Origin: Callorhinchus milii
Lineage: Eukaryota
Length of the DNA stretch: 64,000 bases
Reading direction: 5' to 3'
NCBI RefSeq assembly: GCF_018977255.1
Contig: NW_024704742.1
Span: 114,640,001 to 114,704,000 of the forward strand
Under the pieces are notes generated by a model that was not told the origin of the DNA, searched no databases, and saw only the letters and a program-made list of their open reading frames with translations. The position numbers were made by a program, and so were the translations under genes. Position 1 is the stretch's first letter. Every line of letters begins with the position of its first letter. This document shows positions 14,201 through 26,200 of the stretch, piece after piece.

Positions 14201-17200
14201 AGTGAGCACTTTTGGGCTCAGCTGTTTTTTGTTAAATAGTTATTTCCCAATGTGGACCCAAATCTTCTCAGTCAAAATTTTCTTTTAGCTAGACCTGAAG
14301 CTGGCAGGTTGATAACTAAAAGATTACTTTTTAACCAATATTTTGGTCCTCCTTGACAGATTGGATTCTGTTAAAGCAATATTTGGCACAATAAAAGCAT
14401 TACTTCGAACCAAATATAGAGCCTATAATATTTTTTTAAATGAGACAAGCAAAATGGCAGTGCTAGAACGTTGGGAACCTGAGAGGAAGAAACCATCTGA
14501 CTGGCATGGCTTGCTGATAGTCATTGAACACTCCTTAAATAAGGAACGGAATGCGTTCAACCAGTCGAATCAGTTCCAGCATGACACCCCCATTAATGAT
14601 CTTAAAATCATACTGAGGATTTTATTGCTGATTAAGTGCTTTGTGATCTCCTCCCGACATGAAAAACACTATAAATGTAAATTATGTTGCATTATTTCCT
14701 CTGCTCCCTCCCCCGACCCCAACCCATGCTGAAAGTGAACTAGCAGAAAGGTTATCCCGTTGTTTGATCTCTGAGTTTGTTACAGGTGCCTTGGCTGTAC
14801 TTGCGGAGGAAATTGTGCCAGATGGGGATGATGCACTTCTCGCCAGTGTTGAATACAGAAAGAATCTTGCCCTTAACCTTTTTTATAAGGTGAGTGACTC
14901 TTAAAATTGTACTCAATGTTTGTAATTGTTAGGCCATCTCAATGCAATGTTTACTTTAAATTGAGAAACTTAGGTAAAAAGCCAAGGCTCACACTGAGTG
15001 TAGTTCTTGGCATTCCGTTCCTTATTTAAGGAGTGGATTTAAAAAAGCCTAGAGATGGTCAGAAGAGGAAAGAGCGAGGTGTGTGAGGAGTTCCACAATC
15101 TTAAAGACTTCAGAGAGAATGGGTTAGCAGAGAGTACAATGAGTTAGATTTCCACACTAGGAGAAGCAAGTACAATGGCATTTTTGCACCTTGGGAGAAA
15201 CAAGAGGTAATTTCAAATCAGTCATGACATCAGAAATATTGCTAAAATAAAGAGAGGCTGCAATAGGGAGAGAGAGTGAGAAATTGGAGGTGAAGGAATG
15301 ATCACCGTTTAGCAATGTAAGAGAGATGTTAGCAGGGGAACTTCAGATATGGAGGCAGTATTAAATTGCTGCTATATTGGATTGTCACACTGATATAACA
15401 TTGTTGTCTTGTCAAAAATACTATTAACTGAATCATGATTGTCAGCACCACGGATTGGAACGGTATTTCACTGCTCTCTTGAATTGAGTAGTTTGTATGC
15501 CTTGTATTATATTGTACAACTAGCTGGTATGACATGTATTATGTTGTATAACTAGCTTGAATGACATGTATTGGGTGCAGTACATCTAGTACTGTTGGGT
15601 TTTTGACATAAATCACATTACCACAAAGCACAGCTTGTAATATAGTTCCTGGAAAGGCAAGGGATTTTAATATTTTATAAAACAGTTCTGAACTATTAAG
15701 TACTTAAATGCAATAGGAAATGGCATAGTGGGTCATATGATGCTTCACATCTCAATCGGCAAAGTGAATATGTTATGTGAAGAAACAAATGCAACAAAAC
15801 ATGGCACAAGGTCATTGTGGAAGAATGTAGAAGCTTCCATAATCCACACAACACCTACCTTTACCATATACATCACCTCACCTGCTCTTACTTCCTTGTG
15901 GAAAGTATTATATTCATACTTGAGTGTCAGTCTGGCTTAGTTGGCTGCACTCTTGCCTCTGAGTTCAGAAGATTGTATGTTCAAGCCCCATGATGGGATA
16001 TTGAATTCACATAGTCTAAGGTGACTCTGCAATCCAGTACCAGGGCTGCATTGTTCAAGGTGCTGTCCTTCAGGTGAGATGTTAAACAAAGGTTGTGTCT
16101 GCTTGTCTTGGGATCATTAAAGATTCAATGGCACCATTCAAAAAAGGAGGGAGTTTCTCCCTGCGTCCTGGCCAAAAATTCCCCTGACAAAATTAGTCAT
16201 TCACTTCACATTTTTGTGGGACATTGCTGTACACAGATTGTCTGTTGTATTCACCAACAAAATACCCAATCAACTATACAATAAAATCCTGTGATGCACT
16301 TTGAGACAGCATCCCAACGTAAAGCTGCTATGTCAAATGGAAGGATTATTATTACTATTATACACTTATAGGTAATTCCAAAGATAACGGAGTACAAAAT
16401 CTAACATATTCACCTTGGTCTCCTTTCTTAGGCGCAATGGACTGGATAGCCTTCTTCAATACTGTTAACTTCTATGGTTCATGCTGAGCAGTGTTAAATC
16501 AAGGTCCCATTTACCTGTTCGGGAGGATGCTAAAGATCCCATGGCACTATTCCAAAAGAGATGGGAGTTTCTCCCAATGTCCTGGCCAACAGCACCCTAA
16601 ATAAAATGTTTGCATTTAATTTAGCATCTTATCACATCATCTCAGCGATGTGATAAGGTGCTAAATCAAATGCAAAATTATTATTACTAAATTTAAGAGA
16701 GTTGATTGGGTAAAACCCTTTCTGCTAGTAGAGGATTCGAGAAGACCAGTGCATAAATTCAAGTTTATGACTAGGGGAGTAAAAGGAGAAGTTCAGAACA
16801 ACTTCCTCAATCCGAGGCTGGTCAGGGTAATGAATGATTTGCCATTGGTGGTCATTGGAGCATAATTCCTTAAAAAAAAATTGGTCACTTCAATCTACAG
16901 CTATTTGTGGGACTCTACTGTGTGCAAATTGTCTGCTGCATTTCGCCCACAAAATATCAACAGTCAATTCACTTTACAGTATATTCTGTGAAGTGTTTTT
17001 AGACATCTCAAAGATGTGATAAGGCACTATATCAAATGCAAGGATTATTATTATTTAAACAAACATTGGAAAAGCACATGCAAAGGAAGGGTATTGGAGA
17101 GTACGGAGAAGGAGTGGGAAATTGGGATAATAATAATAATAATCCTTGCATTTGATATAGCACTTCATCACATCTTTGAGGCACCTCAAAGCGCTTCACA

Positions 17201-20200
17201 GAATATACTGTAAAGTGAATTGACTGTATATTTTGTTGGTGAAATGCGGCAGCAAATTGCGTACAGCAGTGTCCCACAAATAGTCGCGGATTGAAGTGAC
17301 CAATTCATTATTTTTTTTGAAGGAATTATTACCCCCGGAAAAGCAATCCGCCAATCGACTAACAACCGGGTTCCTACTTCCTGCTAGGTAAACAGAGGCA
17401 TGTGGAATAAGGAAACTTGCCTAACATTTCGTACTGCTGGAAATCAAACCCAGGTCCTCTCACTTGCAAAGCAAGTGCTCTAACCACTGAACTACAGGAC
17501 TCCACTGCAGCTCTTGTAGCTCTAGATGGTGTCTTAGAGGAACAAACTTGTCATCAAAATAATGGGCTGAATGATCTTCTACTGGGTTGCCTCAGTTGCC
17601 AGGAGCAATCTATATGGCCGCATTACGACATCATGGAAGTCGAGTGGGACGGGTTTGAGCAGATTTCCTACAAGTTGCTTCTGGGAACTTTCAGGATTCT
17701 GTACTTACGAATCCTTTTATGAACCCCCGCATATTAGACCCTTGTATGGTGTATCCTGGTATCCACCACATGAAAAGCTTTTCACTGTTTGCAGGGGAAT
17801 GTGGGTGTAGTTGGGGATGCGGAGGATCATGCCTGGTTGTGTAATAACCTGCTGACCAATGCTGGCTGGCATCTGTTCATACTGGAAGAATAGCAAACTT
17901 GACTGAGCTATCAGTGGGTGGATGGAACTAAACCTCAGAATGGATCACTGCCTTCAGGAGAAGCGGGGCTGACATTGTTTTTTGAATACTAGGTGGACCG
18001 TGTGCAGAAAAATACTAGATGGGCTCAATGACCTGTTTCTGAGCTGAAACAATTCAGGATAATAAATTTGCACAGATCAGTGTTATACTGTTACATATCA
18101 TGCATTGTATGCATTCATTTTTGCTTTGATTCTCAATCTTTATCCTGTTTTTCGAAGAATAAATCCTTCATAGTTTTCCCAAACCTTTCTTTGCACAGTT
18201 CATCCTGCTGTTGAATGAAAATGTTGTTTCACCTCAAAACCGGAGTGCTCCAGCCACATTGACTCGTCCTGTATCTACAGGGAAGCAAGTGTTCAAAAGC
18301 AAACCAGAAGAATACCCGTTGACAAAACCTATGCCAAAGCTCAGCGCTTACTTCCAGGTAAGCATTGGATTTGTTCTAGATTTGGTTACCCTTGGTGCAA
18401 GAGAAACAGACATGTATAACCTAGAAAATAGCAGGAGTGCCAAGTTAAAGAGACTGCAGTTATTCAAAGCTCACATACAAGGAATCTGAATCAGGAATTC
18501 AGAGCTTTCTTGTGAGATTTTGTCATCCCCAAAGTTTGTGGTGCTAAACACATTTTCTCTACTACTCTAAGAGAGAAGGGAGTTTCTCCTGGTATCCTAG
18601 CCAACAATCCCCAGATTAAATTGCTCAAATTGGCTCCTGCTGCTTACAACTGTGTTGTCACTTTACAGTAAATCCTGTGAAGTGTTTTGATACATTTTGA
18701 TGATGTGACAGGGTACTATATCCAGTGCAGGGGTTATTATAGCAGCAAATTGTGGTTTGGATCATTACATTTGCAGCTGTCCGTTAAATCCCTAGTCTGA
18801 CTCAAACCTAACCTTGACAAGTCTCTGAACAGATTTAAATAAAGTGCCATTTATACTGTTTTGGGTATCGGGGTAAAACTCATCCCTGTTAGCGACTGAA
18901 GAGTTAGTTGAGCAGTGAACTTCATAATAATAGTAATAATAATCCTTGCATTTGATATAGCGCTTTTCACATTTTCTAGACATCTCAAAGCGCTCACAGA
19001 ATAGACTTTAAAGTGAATTGACTGTATATTTGTGGGCGAAATATTTTGAAGGGGCCCCATTACTAAGTCTTTCTCATTTGTTTGGGACAAAGTATTTTCA
19101 GTAGATTTTGAAAGTTATAAAAAACTTGAATAGCAGGTTTTGTGTTTCTTCTTTCCAGACTTCAGGTGAAGCCTGTTTCATAGATGACACTCTACCCCTT
19201 CCAAATGAGCTGTTTGGAGCACTTGTCCTCAGCACAAAAGGAAACGCAACCCTTGCTGGCATTAACAGCACAGAAGCCTTGAGTATACCTGGTGCTGCTG
19301 CAGTAAGTACAAAATACCACAGAGGTACATGAATTCCTTTCTGCATATTATTTGTTCAAAATACACCGTCACTGACTAGATTACAGTAAAACTCTGTGAA
19401 GCACTTTGACTTGTCCTCCTGGCGTGAAAGTCGCTACAGGTGTAAAGATTATTATATATACAGAGTCTTATCGAATCAACGAGAAAGGAGAAAAGAAAAA
19501 CTTACATTTTTGTTAGCATTAAGTATCTCAAAATGTGTCACAGTAATTACTCATCCTGTAGAATGTGCAAATATAGAGTCCTGTAGCTCAGTGGTTAGAG
19601 CACTTGTTTCGCTAGCGAGAGACCTGGGTTTGATTCTAGGCAGGGCAAAACCTTGGGTAAGTTCTCTTACTCCACACACCTGATAATAATTCCTCAAGAA
19701 AAAAAATATTAAAATTGGTCACTTCAATCCACGACTGTTTGTGGGACACTGCTGTGCTCAATTGGCTCCTGCATTTCGCCCACAAATATACAGTCACTTC
19801 ACTTTACAGTATATTCTGTGAAGCGCTTTGAGATGTCTAGAAGACGTGAAAAGCGCTATATGAAATGCAAGGATTATTATTATTATTTATTATATAGCAC
19901 CAAATATATGTTAGCACCAAATATATGTTTGCACCGAATAGTCGAAATAAAGCTGGTTAGGCTGATGGCCTTTTTCCGTGCCTTGTCATTGTATGTAAAT
20001 TCCCGCAAACAGACACTGGTATCACTGACCAGGATACTGTTAGGCCAGATGAATGTTAAAGATCCCATGGCAGTACTCAAAAAGAGAAGAGTTTCTCCCA
20101 GCGTCCTGGGCAAGAAGCCACCAAATAAAATTGGTCATTCATTTCATAGCTAGTTGTGGGACATTGATATATGCAAACCTGCTGCTGTGTTTCTGCTTTA

Positions 20201-23200
20201 CATCCTGTGAAATGCTTTGAGACATCCTCCTGATGCGATAAAGCTCTAATAGAGGCGTAAGGATTATTATTATTCATTTTTGTTGTAGGTTCTAACAGCA
20301 AAAGACATTCCAGGATCTAACACCTTTATGCCTGCACCCAATGATGAAGAAGAGATTTTCAGCAGTGGTCCCCTCCTTTACGCTGGGCAGTCAGTTGCCT
20401 TGTGTGTTGCAGGTAAAATAACAAAGAAATTAGCTTAAGTCTCAGTCCGGTTTTATTGATATTAAAATACAGTCAAGCCCTGTTATAATACAGTCCTTGG
20501 GATCCATAAAATCCTTGCAATTACCCCACTCCCAATGCAACTAAAACCATCATCCACCTGGGAATTTCCCGACTTGATTTGTGCAATGCTCTCCTTGCCG
20601 GTTGCCCCAGTTCTTCCCACCACAAGCTACAGATCACCCAGAATTCTTTTGTCGATATCCTTTCCTGCACTAAGTTCCTGGAGCCCAAAACCCAAATCCT
20701 TTTCGGGCTCCCCTGGCTCCCTATTCCTCAGACAATTAACTTTAAAAATTATTATTGTTTCAAATGCCCCCTTTCCATTGCTCCAATTCTGTGGATCTCC
20801 GGCAGTCATACTCCCCTGATCACTCCCTCTGCTCTGCTAACTCAGACCTGCTTCAAGTCCACCGCCCTCTCCGTCCCACTTTAAGTGGGCAAATTCTGTC
20901 ATTTCACCCGGTCTCTGGAGCTCTCATAGGAATATAGGAACAGGAGTTCAGCCCCTCGAGCCTGTTCTGCCAGTCTATAATATCATGTCTGACCTGTGCC
21001 ACAACTCCAATTTCAATTCCATACTGAATAAAATATTCTCTCCTTAAATCCCTCCACCTCATAGCCTGCTTGCTGCTTTCAAAACCTTTCTCCTAAAGAG
21101 ACAATATTAAGATGTACTTCCCTGTGAATGAAGGTGAATCCTAAATGTATGTAGAGACTGAATACAACCCAACAAACATTGGAAGACCAAAACTATGCTG
21201 ACTGTTCACTCTTGTACTCCTGCTTGCGTTTAAGTTATAATTTTTTTTCATGGCAGAAATAAAAATGTTATCTTCACAGCTGTTGCTACCACTAACTAAT
21301 AGCATGCACTTGCACCATATTTATACCATCTAACCTTTTCTTTTGTTATACTAAGATTCAAATGAACTTGCCCTCAAGATGGTGCAAGCAGTGAAGGTCA
21401 CTTACAAAGATGAAATGCCACCAATAGTGAGCCTTGATGATGCCATTGAAAAGAAGTCCTTCTTCCCATCTTCCGGGGAAGTGTTGCATGTTGGAGATGC
21501 TGAAACTGCTGTTTCATCCTCTCCTCACAAGATTGAAGGAGAAATCCGGGCCGGTGAGCAGTACCATCTTCATATGGAGACTCAGGTAACTTTTCTAGCA
21601 CTTGAGAGATGGGAAGGTGTATAACATTTTAACTGGGATTGAAAAGTAAATCCTGAACAATCCTTTTAGATGCAGAAAGAGCAGAACAAGAGTACATGAG
21701 TTTAGAATTGCAAAGGACAATTTCAGGACATATACCAGGGTGTTTTTCTTTACCCAGAGGGTAACTAATGACTGGGACAAGTTGCCAGGAAGGGTGGTTG
21801 ACACTAGGACACTGAACTCGCTTGAAGGGGGAACACTAGGGTGGGTATTCTGGAGGAATGAGATCAGATGGGCCAATGGGCCATCTTCATCCAAACTATT
21901 AATGTAAATGTGACTATTTCATTAGTAATTACTCTGGTTCTCTCTGGTTGAACATTGTCCTCCAATTTTATGTTTGAAGGTGAAGTAACAACATTAATTG
22001 TGCCTGTGTATAAGTTGGTCCTCCATTTAAATAACATTTGATGTTCAAATTAGGAAATTACCAATAATAATAATAATCCTTGCATTTGGTATAGCGCCTT
22101 TCACGTTGAGAGGATGTCTCAAAGTGCTTTGCAGGATTAACTGTAAATTGTCGTGACTGTATTTTGTAGGCGAGCATATATTTTGTAGGAGTAAGGAAGA
22201 AAGTTAGATAAAAAGAGAACAGACTTGTGGGGTGATGATTTGTTTATGAAGCTGCGAGTGAAACATGAGAGCGTTTAATGGACCAAAGGAGCAGGCTATG
22301 TAGGGGTGAATTTTCATGTTCTGTTCTACCTCGGGAGGCTTCTATTTTATCTTTCTAATATAGTCCCCTTCTGGGAATATATAATCCCCAAGATGGTTGC
22401 CATATCCCTTGAATAAAATTTCAATGTTTGTTTGGAGCCAAAGTACCACCTTTAGCAGTGATCACTAACCACCTTGTTCAACAACAACAACAACAACAAC
22501 AAGATTCCATTTATAGAGCGCCTTTCACGTCGGGAGGACGTCCCAAGTCTGGTGAGCCAGTGTCACCCAGTAAATGGACACGTTATCATTGCTGTTAATA
22601 TGTCTCGGTGATCAGCACATATATAACTGGGATAGTTGATCATAGATCAGTTTCTTGAGATGACTTTTTTTGTTTGTATTTTGACAGATTTGTCGGTGTG
22701 TGCCCACTGAGGATGGTCTGGAAGTCCAGCCAGCAAGTCAGTGGTTGGACTTCACCCAGAATGCCATTGCAGGAGCTGTTGGATTACAAGCCAAAGAGTA
22801 AGTGGGGACTAATGTATGGTGTATCTCAATGGGATTTCTGTAATAAGGCTTCTGTTAACCCATTTGGGAAAAAGAATGTCAGAGGTGGTTGATGATGTGA
22901 CAAACTTCCAGTTACTATTTGCATAATTTTCTTATTAAGAAATCTCATGAAGAAATGACATACAGTGAATTCTGTGAAGCGTTTTAGATGTCTCAACGAT
23001 GTGATAAGGCGCTATATCAAATGCAAGGATTATTATAATGTAGACCTGATGTCTTCTCGCATGATTCGCATGATTCAGTTACTTGATTAGGATTAATGTC
23101 CACTTTACCTGTGATGGTTGTAAAGCATTTGGAGGTTTTATTCTACATGAAGGGTGCAATATCTTCTGTTTGATTAGATTGGATTATTGGTGGTTTTCTT

Positions 23201-26200
23201 TCTCTGTTGGATAGTAAAACTAGTGGAAACTCAAAAAACAAAAATAAGATCCAAACCCACTTACCTCAAAAGTATCACTTAGTTCGCAGTCAAAGAGGAA
23301 GGAATGATACTCTTTGAGATCGTTTCATAAGGCTCTAAACATACTTTTAAGATTTTCTTTACCAAATTGCTGCTGATCTGTGCGGCGCCTGAGCTATTGA
23401 AGTACAATGTGATATTGTCCAGCACAGTCTTACTTTATTCTAGTGTTAAATTAACTTTTTTTTTACAGTTTAGTTAACGGTCACGTTTTGTTCCCACAGC
23501 ATTAACATGTCTGTCAAACGTTTGGGTGGAGCTTATGGAGGCAAAGCCTCGCGATCTAACTTAATAGCCTGTGCATCGGCCGTGGCTGCTACAGTGCTTC
23601 GCAGGTGGGTTTCAACTGATTTCTGTACATAGATGCTGTTGACCTATTTAGCGTTGGACATTGCTATACTCCAGGGTTTCTATTGTTGAGTGATGCAAGA
23701 GCAAGAGGTTGTAATCTGAGTTGCTGAGCACTGTATAACAGAAATTATGCGCCTTATAGACCTGTGCGGTGCATGATGGATCTGAGTACCAATATGAAAG
23801 CAATTGGCAAGCGACACAGCTACATTACCAAGTATAAGGTAAGAAAATCGTTAAGGGTCTCTCTTTATTTTTGAGTCTTCTCACTCCCAACAGCAGCTAA
23901 GTCTGATGGGTTGATCATGGATTAGATAAATATTTGGAGAGGACAAGTTTGCGGGGTTAAAGGGAGAGAGCGGGGAGTGGGATTGAATTGGATAGCTCTT
24001 TTCAAAGAGCCAACACAGATACAATGGGCCAAATGGCCTCCTTCTGTGCTGTATAATTCTATGATTCTATGACACAATGACTTTAGGAGATCTTTCTATA
24101 ACTCGGTATAGAGCTGGTATTTGTCAATAAGCTGACGTCACTATAGAATTCATTCTGATTTATCATGGTATTTAGGATGTTAATAGTTAGACTGATGAAC
24201 TCTGAATCTGTTTTTTTTCTCTATTTTTCTCATTTGTACAGTTCTGTCTAGTAGTTTAGAAAATAACCACAAACTCTGCATTATCCACCCAACGTAGCAC
24301 TTTCTAAAAGTTTCTTTTTTCGTTCGCCATGTTGCAGGTTGGGTTTAATGAGGATGGTACCTTAAATGGAATTATCATGACGTACTACTGTGACAGTGGA
24401 TGTAGCGCAAATGATAAAGAGGTTACAGAATGCATCATGTTTTCTGACAATGGTAGAGTATCTCACTTGAGTTTCCTAGCAAGACTGCAAACTAAGATGT
24501 GAAATGAGCTCTGAAGTCTGGAGTGGGTTAGCTCGGACCAATGTTACTTGCTTCTCTTTCTCCTCCTCTCCCAAAGAATATCCCTATTTTTCTGATATCC
24601 CGCCCCTCTGCTCAGCTAACTCGGGCCTGCTGGATGTCACCCAAACCTTCTGCTGAGTCGTCAGTCCCTAATCTCTGGAACACCTTTCCTCTATCCCTTC
24701 ACCTCACCCCTCTTTATCTGTCTTTAAATCCCACCTTAAAGTGTAACTTTTCAACTCCACCTATGGTCACCCCACCTTCCCCCTCTCCTTTCTCGCTTGC
24801 TCATGGTCTAACCTCGTCATTTTAAAGTGCTACAAGACATTATCCTATGTGAAGAGCACTATATAAAGGCAAGTTGTTGGTGATTCAGACTGGGTATAGT
24901 TTCTCGAATACTTTAGTTTGTCACTTACAGTGGGAACTGATATCTTACTTCATTCTTGAAAGTAGACAATGAATGTCAGCAAGTTATTCAACTGTGGAGT
25001 GTACCACAACTGAGGTCAATGCTTTCCTTACTCAATGCCCACGCAAGAATCATACAATGTTACATTGAGTGATTATCTTAAGTGTGTGTCCTTTTTGAAA
25101 CAGTTCACTGAGTAGTGATCAGGAGAGGGAACCCTGACTGATTTTGCCTTATTTAGTTTAAGGGGCAATGAGGCTGATTGTTTGCCCACGTAACCTTCAG
25201 TTTTGAGGTCAGATAACTTTAAACAGATGAAGGTTTGAACTTGAGTCCTTCCTAATATGCCTTAGTCAACAACAACAACAACTTGCATTGATATATCGCC
25301 CTTCAAACAGGGTAGGTCCCGGAACTCTTGAAATTACCTATATACTGTCAGTAAAGCCTCATATGTTTGCTATCACCTGAAATTATAATTATAACAAATT
25401 AATTGAGTAGATCTCTTCCCTCCCCTCCTCATTCTTGCATGAAAGGTTTGATATAGACGTGTTTGAATATAAAAGTAAACAAATTTACACTGAAGATTTA
25501 AAATACTGGTTTAGTTTTGACATTCAAGTGAAACAATACATTGCCGGCAGAGATTTTGTGCATTGCTCAAATGTTGTAGCTGGTGCCTTTATTTCTTTCT
25601 CAGATGTGTGAACACCCTCTGTTTCTTACAGCATACAAGTGTGAAAACTGGCAGTTGAATGCTGTGTCTCTTAAGACAAATCGTGCCGCTCACACTTGGT
25701 GTAGAGCTCCAGGTAAGAGCAACCTCTGTGTGTTTCAGTCTGTGTGGACTGAATAGATAAGGGCACCCACAGACTAGTAGCTTGCATTAAAAGGAAATGA
25801 CTCAATGAGTTCCTGATCCCATCACATCCCTGTGAAGGAAGTAAGAGCCTAGCCTCGAGGAAACGAGGAAAAGTAGAAAGTGAAGGAGTTCTGGGTGTAG
25901 ATGCAGCTCTTTCACATCGTATTGTGGAATCACAGTGTCAACTTTCTTGCCAGCCTCTTGACCAGCGATTAAGAAATAGGAGAACAAACTGATCAATATC
26001 AGCAGTGGTTTCTTGTGTATTTAATGTTGTGCACAGTTTGTAACTTGCTTCAGGCTGTCAATAAGTTTATTCTCATGGATATCCACGGACCACTACAAAC
26101 AGATTCTGCCCGTTTGGATCTCCCTCTGATCTCATAACTCGTTCCAATCTTTGGAGAAATAGCTAAGATGTTTATCACTAAACTCAAAGTTGAAGTAGTC

